Of a stretch of 35,764 bases of DNA, positions 24,777 through 32,540 are shown piece by piece. The stretch comes from Candidatus Eiseniibacteriota bacterium (GTDB taxonomy: Bacteria; Eisenbacteria; RBG-16-71-46). The position numbers and the translations under genes were made by a program. The notes below the pieces were generated by a model that was not told the DNA's origin, did no database searches, and saw nothing but the letters and a program-made list of their open reading frames with translations. Position 1 is the stretch's first letter. Every line of letters starts with the position of its first letter. The stretch is taken from the NCBI GenBank assembly GCA_031364845.1, contig JANLWX010000143.1, forward strand, positions 1 through 35,764, in the 5' to 3' direction.

Positions 24777-27452
24777 TCACCGATGCTCGTGTCCGACCAG
24801 CCAATCCATGACCACGGTGGTGGCACCGATGATGGCTTCACCTTCGGGCGTGAGCAGCAGGAAACGCTGGCCGTCGGTGCTCACGACGTAGCGATTTCGC
24901 AGATCGGTTTCGATAATGGTCGGAGCGTCGAACAACCGCACGGGTAGCGAGAACTTCGGGGTCGGACCCGGAGCGACGGCAACCGACATCATCCCTCGAT
25001 CGGGCGACATGTAGAAGAGTTCGCGACCATCCCCCCGCCACGCGGGCTCGCGGCCACCCTGAGTCGAGATCCGCCACTTCCCGCCCGGCCCCGGGAATGC
25101 CTGTACGTAGACTTCTGCCTGACCGGATTCCAGGGAGACGTAGGCGACCCACAGGCCATCGGGAGAAACCCTGGGACCGAATTCCCCGAGCGGCGTGGCG
25201 ACCAGCGGCACCGGGCTTCGCGGACCCTCCATGGGAAGCGCCATGATGTCCCAGCGCCGGTTGGTGGCGCCGGACCTTGCGATGTAGACGAGATGCCGGC
25301 CATCGGGCGACCACGCATTCGCGAACTTCTGCTCGTTCGAAACGTAGAGGGCCGAGTCCGCCCCTGAACCGCCGATCGGTTTGATACGAAGATCGTTCGC
25401 CCCCGCCTTGGCGACACTGTAGACGAGCCGCGTTCCGTCGGGCGACCAGACCGGGTCATCGACTTCGGAGGACGAGAATGTGAACCGCGACCCAAGATTG
25501 CGCGAGAGATCCCAGATCCAGATGTCACCGTTGGGCCGCACGGGATCATAGAGTTTGACCGCGAGCTGGCTCCCATCGGGGGACAGTGCGAGCGACTCGT
25601 AGTTGCCGATCTCGCCCACCGTGTCGAGTCGGCGGCCGGCACGGTCGACCCACACGAGCCGGCGGCTCGCATTGGCGCCCCCGGAGCGGTACACGAGCGT
25701 GGCGTCGTCCGACGCCGAGAAGCGCGCACTTCCGATCGAGTTCCACTCCACGCCGTCCGCGATCGGGAACGGATCGCCGGACAGCTTGAGCGAGCCGACA
25801 TCGAGACGCTGCGCCATCAGCGTTCCCTGCCGCACGTACAGCACATGCCCGGAGGCGTATTCCGCGCGCGATCCGGCGGGTCCCAAGGTCCAGGTCTTCC
25901 TCGAGTCGAGCAGCCCGACCTTCAGCACACGGTCCTCGGGGCCCTCACCGTAGGCGATGAACAGGAAGTGCTTCCCGTCCGGAAGGAATTCCGGCCACGC
26001 CGTGAAGGTCTCCTGTTTCGCAGGGTCGAGCCACGTCGCTCCGGTCGGCACCCCGCCCGTGGCGGACACGCGCTGAATCGTGTCGGAGGACGTGCCGTCG
26101 AACAGGATCACGCCCTGCTTGCCCCACGAGCCGTCCGCGCCACGTGAGGCGTCACAGATGGTCTGCGGCGGCCCGCCCGCGACATCGATCTTGCGGAGTT
26201 TTCCCCCCGAGAAGAATGCGAGGTACCGGCTGTCGGGCGACCAGAACGGCCGCGTCGCGCCATCGGTGCCGGGCAGGCGCGCGGCGTCGAGCGAACTCAT
26301 CGGGCGCACCCAGATGCTGGTCGTGCCGGAGGAGTCGGTGGCGTTGAACGCCAGTTGGCGGCCGTCGGGAGAGATGCGCGGCAAATCCACACCGCCGACC
26401 TGGCGTGGCGGCGTGAGTTCGAAGATCACTTTCTTCTGAGGCTCGTGCGGCCGCAGTTGGAGCGCGCCCACGCCCCCGGCCACCACACCCAGCAGCGCGA
26501 GCAGCACCCACGCAAGACGTTCGCGGCTGCGCCGGCGCGGCGCGAGCGGCGCGGGCACACCCGCCTGCGAACCACCCTCGGCGATCCACTGGAGCTGCAG
26601 CTTCACATCGTGTGCGGTCTGGACGCGCTGATCCGGATCCTTCGCGAGACATGCGCGAATCAGCTTGTCCAGTCCGGGCGGCGCCATCGGCGTCACCTGC
26701 GAAATCGGAGGAGGCTCAGCATTCATGATCGAGCCGATCAGCGAAGCCTGGCTCTTCGCCTCGAACGCCCGGCGCCCGGTCGCCATCTCGTACAGGACAC
26801 AGCCCAGCGCCCAGAGGTCCGAGCGCTCATCCGCTTCACGGCCCTCCATCTGCTCGGGCGACATGTATTGAAACGTGCCGATCAGCGACCCTTCGGCCGT
26901 GAGCGGTGCCGCCACGGTCGGTGATCGCGTGAGTGCCGCGACGGTGACCCCGCTGCCGGAAGCCGGCCCCGAAAGCCCCGTTGCGCGCGCCAGACCGAAG
27001 TCCATGAGCTTCGATCCGCCCTTGGTGAGCATCACGTTGCCCGGCTTGAGATCGCGGTGGACGATTCCCGCGCGATGCGCGCGATCGAGCGCATCCGCGA
27101 TCTCGGCCCCCAATCGCAGCACCTGGTCGAGCGGCAACGCACCTCTCGCAAGACGCTGCGTGAGCGTCTCGCCCACGATCAATTCCATCACGAGGTAGTC
27201 GGTCTCCCCCTCGCGCCCGACATCGAACAGAGTGCAGATGTTGGGATGGTTCAAACTCGAGACGGTCTTCGCCTCACGCTCGAAGCGGGCGCGGACCTCG
27301 GCGTTCTCCGACAAATGCTGGGGCAGGACCTTGACTGCCACGTCGCGCCCGAGACGCGTGTCGCGCGCCTGATACACTTCACCCATTCCCCCCGCGCCGA
27401 GCGGAGCGATGATTTCGTAGGGGCCGAGCCGGGTTCCTGGCGTGAGACTCAC
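24777..27452 (-). CDS. Hanks-type Ser/Thr protein kinase with TM helix and TolB-like (PD40) beta-propeller
   Basis: 'LGAGGMGEVY', 'VAVK', 'HRDLKPGN', 'DFGLA', 'YMSPEQ', a TM segment and repeated 'SPDG' motifs; GAGGAG SD before GTG. Confidence 0.93.
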   Translation of the reverse strand: MSLTPGTRLGPYEIIAPLGAGGMGEVYQARDTRLGRDVAVKVLPQHLSENAEVRARFEREAKTVSSLNHPNICTLFDVGREGETDYLVMELIVGETLTQRLARGALPLDQVLRLGAEIADALDRAHRAGIVHRDLKPGNVMLTKGGSKLMDFGLARATGLSGPASGSGVTVAALTRSPTVAAPLTAEGSLIGTFQYMSPEQMEGREADERSDLWALGCVLYEMATGRRAFEAKSQASLIGSIMNAEPPPISQVTPMAPPGLDKLIRACLAKDPDQRVQTAHDVKLQLQWIAEGGSQAGVPAPLAPRRRSRERLAWVLLALLGVVAGGVGALQLRPHEPQKKVIFELTPPRQVGGVDLPRISPDGRQLAFNATDSSGTTSIWVRPMSSLDAARLPGTDGATRPFWSPDSRYLAFFSGGKLRKIDVAGGPPQTICDASRGADGSWGKQGVILFDGTSSDTIQRVSATGGVPTGATWLDPAKQETFTAWPEFLPDGKHFLFIAYGEGPEDRVLKVGLLDSRKTWTLGPAGSRAEYASGHVLYVRQGTLMAQRLDVGSLKLSGDPFPIADGVEWNSIGSARFSASDDATLVYRSGGANASRRLVWVDRAGRRLDTVGEIGNYESLALSPDGSQLAVKLYDPVRPNGDIWIWDLSRNLGSRFTFSSSEVDDPVWSPDGTRLVYSVAKAGANDLRIKPIGGSGADSALYVSNEQKFANAWSPDGRHLVYIARSGATNRRWDIMALPMEGPRSPVPLVATPLGEFGPRVSPDGLWVAYVSLESGQAEVYVQAFPGPGGKWRISTQGGREPAWRGDGRELFYMSPDRGMMSVAVAPGPTPKFSLPVRLFDAPTIIETDLRNRYVVSTDGQRFLLLTPEGEAIIGATTVVMDWLVGHEHR

Positions 27453-27469
27453 CGGATGCTTCTCCTCGC

Positions 27470-27570
27470 GGTTCGGGTCGCGGTACCCAGGACGCCCGGA
27501 CTGCGTGCTCAGGGGCGCGCTGATGAAGGATGGCGCGTACGATCCGCCGCTGCTCGGGACGGATATTCAT
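27470..27570 (-). pseudogene. 5' remnant of a minimal nucleotidyltransferase (MNT/MntA-like antitoxin) gene
   Basis: MNIRPEQRRIVRAILHQRAPEHAVRA followed, after a 1-nt shift, by G-Y-R where 'FGSR' is expected. The catalytic DxD part is absent. The 3' boundary is approximate. Confidence 0.5.
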
Positions 27571-27616
27571 TGGGGCTCGTCCGAAGACTGTCGGGTGGCG
27601 CACTATACTTTGCGTT

Positions 27617-27700
27617 ATGACGGTGCGCCAATGCACTGCCAGCATGGCGGGGGCGCAACTGCTCGACACCACGCACCGTCCAGATGGGGGACTTCCATGA
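27617..27700 (+). CDS. Putative 27-aa leaderless small ORF
   Basis: TATACT(27604-27609)-7nt-ATG; MTVRQCTASMAGAQLLDTTHRPDGGLP*. Its TGA overlaps the ATG at 27697 (ATGA). Confidence 0.3.
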   Translation: MTVRQCTASMAGAQLLDTTHRPDGGLP

Positions 27701-27906
27701 AGACGCAGTACTACACGGCGGCGAGCCTCGACGGCTTCATCGCAACCGCCGACGAGATGATCGTTCAGGTCGGCTCGGTGACGCTCGGTTCGGGGAAACC
27801 CCTGTTGCCGCGCGCGATCACGAGCCCGCCGCTGAAACTGATTTCCGTGAGCGCAGTGGGGACCGGGTTCGCGGAATTGCACTATGAAGTGCCAAGGGTC
27901 CGATGA
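27697..27906 (+). pseudogene. Dihydrofolate reductase / RibD-C family gene with large in-frame internal deletion
   Basis: N-terminus 'MKTQYYTAASLDGFIAT' is joined directly to the C-terminal 'DEMIVQVGSVTLGSGKPLLP...AELHYEV'. Only 69 aa. Confidence 0.8.
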
Positions 27907-27963
27907 CGGGCTCAACTCTCGCGGCGAATCCATTCACCTACGGGCGGAGCGAGATCTGACGAA

Positions 27964-27993
27964 ACGGGCGGTGGAAGGAACGCCACCGCCCGT
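27964..27993 (-). terminator. Hairpin, probable intrinsic terminator of the alpha/beta hydrolase gene
   Basis: Perfect 11-bp stem ACGGGCGGTGG / CCACCGCCCGT with an 8-nt loop, about 20 nt past the stop. Only a short T run follows on the minus strand. Confidence 0.65.
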
Positions 27994-28012
27994 GCTCCGT
28001 ACTGCAGCCGGC

Positions 28013-28864
28013 TCACCTCGCCGTGGCACTCAGCTGCGGCGCGCCCAGGAAGTCCAGCATCAGCTCGTTGAGCTGCTGCGGGTGCGTTGCCGCGAAACCG
28101 TGCGGCGCGCCCTTCAAAACCTCGAGGCGGCTTCCCTTGATCATCTCGTGTGCGCGCTTGCCCGACACTTCGAACGGCACGATGCGATCACTGTCACCGT
28201 GGATGATGCAGGTCGGCACGGTGATCTTCTTCAGATCCTCGCGGAAATCGGTGGTGCCGAACGCCAGAATGGACTGTTGCGTGCCGAGTGGCGAGGCCTT
28301 CCACGCGATCCACTTGCTGAAGGGGATCAGGTCGGCGCTGACATTCTTGGAGCCGGGTTCGAAGTTGTAGAAGTTCAGGAAGAACTCCGCGAGGAATGCG
28401 AGCCGATCCTTCTTCACCTTGTCGAGCATTCCATCGAACACGCTCTTGTCCACTCCGCCCGGATTGTCGGGCGTCTTGAGCATGAACGGCGTGACTGCTC
28501 CCATCAGCATCACCTTCGACACGCGATCCGAACCATAGCGGCCGATATAGCGCGCGACTTCACCGCCGCCCATGGAGAACCCGGCCAGCGTTGCCTCGCG
28601 CAGATCGAGCTGCGTCATCAGATCGTTGAGGTCCGACGCGAACGTGTCGTAGTCGTAGCCGCCCGCGGGCTGGCCGGAGTCGCCAAAGCCGCGCCGGTCG
28701 TATGCGATGCAACGGTACCCGGCGGCGGTCAGCGCGTTGACCTGCGATTCCCACATCCGGTGGCTGAGCGGCCAGCCGTGAATCAGGACAACCGGCTTTC
28801 CCTTGCCCACGTCGTGATAGTGGAGCTCGGTCACCGGTGCGCTTGTGGTCTTCAGAAACGGCAT
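28013..28864 (-). CDS. Alpha/beta hydrolase, non-heme chloroperoxidase / perhydrolase-like
   Basis: 'LIHGWP', 'YDRRGFG.S', nucleophile 'GFSMGG', 'HGDSD', 'GAPHG'; GAGGAG SD. Confidence 0.92.
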   Translation of the reverse strand: MPFLKTTSAPVTELHYHDVGKGKPVVLIHGWPLSHRMWESQVNALTAAGYRCIAYDRRGFGDSGQPAGGYDYDTFASDLNDLMTQLDLREATLAGFSMGGGEVARYIGRYGSDRVSKVMLMGAVTPFMLKTPDNPGGVDKSVFDGMLDKVKKDRLAFLAEFFLNFYNFEPGSKNVSADLIPFSKWIAWKASPLGTQQSILAFGTTDFREDLKKITVPTCIIHGDSDRIVPFEVSGKRAHEMIKGSRLEVLKGAPHGFAATHPQQLNELMLDFLGAPQLSATAR

Positions 28865-29029
28865 GATTCTCTCCTCGTCGCGGCCGGGAAATTTCGGGGT
28901 GATCCCCGGCGCTGACTCTCTGCCCGGGCCCGGAGGCGGTCAAGGACTCAATGCGCCGCGCTGTGAGGTCACGGTCATTTCGACGGCGGCCGGGACCCGT
29001 CCCGCCGGACAAGCTGAAGCAAGGGTGCC

Positions 29030-29698
29030 TCAGCCTTCGCGTCGCATCTTCTCCCGGCGCGCGAGTTCCGCGGCAGTCGGCGTTTCCATTTCGTAGTCGC
29101 CAGTCACGACGGCGCCCGACCGCTCGTAACGCGCGATCACGGCCCCCGAGTTCGTGGATTTGCTGTCGACGAGCTTGAACGCTGCCGGCTTCGCGCCCTT
29201 GCCGAACAACTTCTTCCCCTTGCCCAGCAGGATCGGGAACGAGAACGTCCTGATCTCGTCGATCAGATCGTGGGCCAGCAGGGTTTGGATCAGGTCACTG
29301 CTGCCCTGTGTGATCAACGGCGGGCCGTCCTCGCGCTTCAACCGAGCCACATCCGCCGCCGCATCGCGCAGGCGGACGGACTTGTTCCACGGCAGCTCCA
29401 TGTCCGAGCGGGTCGCAACGTACTTGGTGGTCGCGTTGAAGCGTTTGGCGATGAAATCGTCGGGGCAGCCCTCCATGTAGGGCCAATGCGACGCGAAGAT
29501 TTCGTACGTCTTCCGCCCGAGCAGCAGATCGAACGAACCGTCGAACAACGCGCCGACCTCCTGGCCGAACACCTCGTCCGCGAGCGGTGCGACCCACCCG
29601 CCCAGATCGAAGCCGCCCGTGGGATCTTCGTGTGGTCCGCCCGGCGCCTGCATCACGCCGTCCATCGAGACGAATGCTCCGGTGATGACTTTTCGCAT
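29030..29698 (-). CDS. Dihydrofolate reductase / RibD C-terminal family protein
   Basis: 'FVSMDGVMQAPGG', 'LLLGRKTYE', 'QGSSDLIQTL', 'LLGKGKKLF'; AGGAG SD. Confidence 0.9.
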   Translation of the reverse strand: MRKVITGAFVSMDGVMQAPGGPHEDPTGGFDLGGWVAPLADEVFGQEVGALFDGSFDLLLGRKTYEIFASHWPYMEGCPDDFIAKRFNATTKYVATRSDMELPWNKSVRLRDAAADVARLKREDGPPLITQGSSDLIQTLLAHDLIDEIRTFSFPILLGKGKKLFGKGAKPAAFKLVDSKSTNSGAVIARYERSGAVVTGDYEMETPTAAELARREKMRREG

Positions 29699-29775
29699 GA
29701 TGATCTCCTGATGGCGGGCCAGCTTTGAAGTTTCTGGGAGTGACCGAACGTGCGTAGCGACTTCGAGCTCTTAGC

Positions 29776-30252
29776 TCAACCCTTCCGCGCCGCCTCGATC
29801 CTGGCAACGTCGATCTTCTTCATCTCCATCATCGCGTCGAAGGCCCGCTTGGCTTCGGCGCCGCCCGCCGCAAGGGCATCCATCAACGCGCGCGGAGTGA
29901 TCTGCCACGAGAGGCCCCAGCGGTCCTTGCACCAACCGCACTCACTTTCCTGGCCGCCATTGCCTACGATCGCATTCCAGTAGCGGTCCGTCTCTTCCTG
30001 AGTGTCGGTCGCGATCTGAAATGAAAACGCCTCGCTGTGTTTGAACGCCGGGCCACCGTTGAGACCCATGCAGGGAATCCCGACCACCGTGAACTCCACC
30101 GTCAGGACATCGCCCGCTTTGCCACTCGGGTAGTCGCTGGGCGCCTTGTGCACGGCGGTCACCTTGGAATCGGGGAAGGTGGCGGCGTAGAACTGCGCCG
30201 CCTCATGTGCGTCCTTGTCGAACCAGAGGCAGATCGTATTCTTGGGATTCAT
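29776..30252 (-). CDS. VOC family protein (PhnB / 3-demethylubiquinone-9 3-methyltransferase-like)
   Basis: 'CLWFDKDA.EAA.FY', 'LNGGP.F.HSEAFSF', 'CGWCKDRWGLSWQI'. Confidence 0.92.
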   Translation of the reverse strand: MNPKNTICLWFDKDAHEAAQFYAATFPDSKVTAVHKAPSDYPSGKAGDVLTVEFTVVGIPCMGLNGGPAFKHSEAFSFQIATDTQEETDRYWNAIVGNGGQESECGWCKDRWGLSWQITPRALMDALAAGGAEAKRAFDAMMEMKKIDVARIEAARKG

Positions 30253-30321
30253 GAGTGTGTGCTCCTAGTTTCGTTCGCGAGGTTTGGGTGCGTCTCGGCT
30301 CGAGCGCATTGCGGAGCATCG

Positions 30322-30350
30322 AGGGTATTTTGCCGCGGCCTTGCCCGCAA
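30322..30350 (-). promoter_or_regulatory. Sigma70-like promoter for the VOC/DHFR unit
   Basis: TTGCGG-N17-TACCCT on the minus strand. Confidence 0.45.
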
Positions 30351-30384
30351 CCCTCCCCGTGCTCCACGCCGGCCGCGATCCGCA

Positions 30385-30412
30385 TTGACCCGCGAGAGCG
30401 CGCGCATAGAAT
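30385..30412 (+). promoter_or_regulatory. Sigma70-like promoter upstream of GNAT-DUF2779-NERD
   Basis: TTGACC-N16-TAGAAT. Confidence 0.6.
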
Positions 30413-30485
30413 CACCGCATTCGTGCTCCGCTTGCCGTTCCAGCCGATGATGGGCCTCTGTGACCGAGATGGGGGTAGCAGCCTC

Positions 30486-30980
30486 ATGCAGAACAGCCTC
30501 TCGATTCAAGACCTGTCTCTGCGGGATGTGGTCGACGACGACCTGCCCTTGTTCTTCGAGTTTCAGCTCGACCCCGTCGCCAACCACATGGCTGCTTTCA
30601 CCGCCAGGGACCCCACCGACCGCGAAGCCTTCACCACACATTGGAAGAAGATCCTGGCCATGCCGACGACCGTCAACCGGACCATCGTCTGTGATGGGCA
30701 AGTGGTGGGCAGCGTCGCGAGCTACGAGGAGGCTGGCAAGCCCGAAGTGACTTACTGGATTGGAAGAGCCCATTGGGGCAAGGGCATCGCCACCCGGGCG
30801 CTCACGGCCTTCCTCGCGCAGGTCAATGCGACGCGCCCCATTTACGCCCGCGTGTCGAAAGACAATGTGGGCTCACGCCGGGTCCTGGAGAAATGCGGGT
30901 TCCAAGTGATTGGCGAGACGAAGGGGTTTGCCAACGCGCGCGGCCAGGAGATCGAGGAATTGGTCCTGGAACTGCCGTGA
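30486..30980 (+). CDS. GNAT family N-acetyltransferase (RimJ/RimL-like)
   Basis: 'EVTYWIGRAHWGKGIAT', 'DNVGSRRVLEKCGF'. Confidence 0.9.
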   Translation: MQNSLSIQDLSLRDVVDDDLPLFFEFQLDPVANHMAAFTARDPTDREAFTTHWKKILAMPTTVNRTIVCDGQVVGSVASYEEAGKPEVTYWIGRAHWGKGIATRALTAFLAQVNATRPIYARVSKDNVGSRRVLEKCGFQVIGETKGFANARGQEIEELVLELP

Positions 30981-31027
30981 TCCCTCGATGCGGGCGAGCA
31001 CAGGCACGCCGCCCGAACAGGATATGA

Positions 31028-32503
31028 ATGTCGCGCACGCACGGACTATCCAAGTCTCGGTTCATCTACGGAATGCAATGCCACAAGCAGTTGTGGTGGC
31101 GTGTCCATGAGCCGGACGCTCAGGAACTCGAGCCGGATATATCGCGGCAGGCGATCTTCGATCAGGGTGAGCGCGTCGGCGTGCTTGCCCGCGAGTACGT
31201 GCCGGGCGGCGTGCTCATCGACCGGCCCTACGACGATTACGAAGGGCGACTCGCCGACACGCAGGCCGCCATCGATGCCGGCGTGCAGGTGATCTATGAG
31301 GCGTCGTTGGTGGCCGATTCGGTTTTCGTCGCCGTCGACATCCTGGTACGCGAGCCACTCGGCTGGCGCGTCATCGAGGTGAAGTCCGCAACGAAGCTCA
31401 AAGAGCAATACCTCTCCGACGTCGCGGTTCAAGTGCACACCGTGCGGCGGGCCGGCCTCGCGGTGACGGCCGCCGAGGTCATGGTGCTGAACCGCGCCTG
31501 CACATACCCCGATCTCTCGAACCTCTTCGTACGGTACGCCGTCACCGCAGCGGTCGAGGAACGGATCGCGGTCATCCCGATGCAAGTCGATCTGCAACTC
31601 GCGATGCTCGCCGGCCCGCAACCCGAGGTGTCCATCGGACCACACTGCGGCTCGCCTTACGCGTGCCCCTTCATGGCACGCTGCTGGCCGCCGGTGCCGG
31701 AGCACCATGTGAGCACGCTCATCTATATGAAGCGGCGCGCGCCGGCGTTAGAAGCGCAAGGCTATCGAACCATCTACGACCTTCCAGACGGGCTGGGCCT
31801 CAACTCCGCAGCCGAACGGCAGCGCCGTGCGGTGCAGGCGGGGCGCGTGATCGTGGAGGGCGATCTGGCCGCCGCACTCGAGCAATTCCGCGGACCGCTC
31901 GCGTTCCTGGATCTCGAGACCGTTTCGTTCGCGATCCCGATCTGGGACGGATGTCACCCGTACGACGGCGTCGCGGCGCAATTCAGTTGCCATCTCGAAC
32001 GCGCAAGCGGCGAACTCGACCACTTCGAATGGGTGCCCGATGCACCGGGTGATCCGCGCGCCGAGATTGCGGGCCGGATCGTCGCAGCATGCGACGGTGC
32101 CTCCACCGTAGTGGCATACAACGCCGGCTTCGAGAAACGCTGCCTCGAGTTCCTGGCCGCGACCGTGCCCGGGCAGTCAGCCGCGCTTCAAGACGTGATC
32201 GCCCGGTTGGCCGATCCACTCCCGATCATTCGGGAGCATGTCTATCATCCGGACTTTGGTGGGAGCTTCAGCCTCAAGAGCGTGGTCGGTGCGCTGGCGC
32301 CGGAACTGGGATATGCGGATCTCGAGATCCAGGAGGGCGAAGGCGCAAGCCGCGCGTTGGCGGAAATCGTGGCACCCTCGGCGGAACCCGGTTCAGCGGA
32401 CCAAGCACGGCGGCGCGAAGCGCTGCTGCGGTATTGTGAGCGCGACACCCTGGCAATGGTGAGAGTGATGGAGCGGCTGCGAGAACTCGCGGTTGTGGCA
32501 TGA
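31028..32503 (+). CDS. DUF2779 domain protein: Cas4/AddB-like PD-(D/E)XK nuclease fused to a DEDD/RNase H-like domain
   Basis: 'LSKSRF....QC' (Cys1), 'VDIL...IEVKS', 'CGSPYACPFMARC' (Cys2-4); 'FLDLET', 'YNAGFE', 'GSFSLKSV', 'YCERD'. Confidence 0.85.
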   Translation: MSRTHGLSKSRFIYGMQCHKQLWWRVHEPDAQELEPDISRQAIFDQGERVGVLAREYVPGGVLIDRPYDDYEGRLADTQAAIDAGVQVIYEASLVADSVFVAVDILVREPLGWRVIEVKSATKLKEQYLSDVAVQVHTVRRAGLAVTAAEVMVLNRACTYPDLSNLFVRYAVTAAVEERIAVIPMQVDLQLAMLAGPQPEVSIGPHCGSPYACPFMARCWPPVPEHHVSTLIYMKRRAPALEAQGYRTIYDLPDGLGLNSAAERQRRAVQAGRVIVEGDLAAALEQFRGPLAFLDLETVSFAIPIWDGCHPYDGVAAQFSCHLERASGELDHFEWVPDAPGDPRAEIAGRIVAACDGASTVVAYNAGFEKRCLEFLAATVPGQSAALQDVIARLADPLPIIREHVYHPDFGGSFSLKSVVGALAPELGYADLEIQEGEGASRALAEIVAPSAEPGSADQARRREALLRYCERDTLAMVRVMERLRELAVVA

Positions 32504-32540
32504 CTCGGCCGGCGCCGTACGCTGAGGCGGGCACTGACCC

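Noticed and set aside
29030..29698. Trimethoprim-resistance dfr gene; likewise tetA for 3..461
   Set aside because: The motifs fit the broad RibD-C and TCR/MFS families. Nothing supports a specific resistance gene.
27697..30980. Integron-like run of small genes (DHFR-like, hydrolase, VOC, GNAT)
   Set aside because: Mixed orientations, own promoters, no repeated attC-like sites found and no integrase.
31028..32503. CRISPR-associated cas4
   Set aside because: The fold motifs are Cas4-like, but there is no array, cas1 or cas2 in the window, and it is fused to DUF2779.
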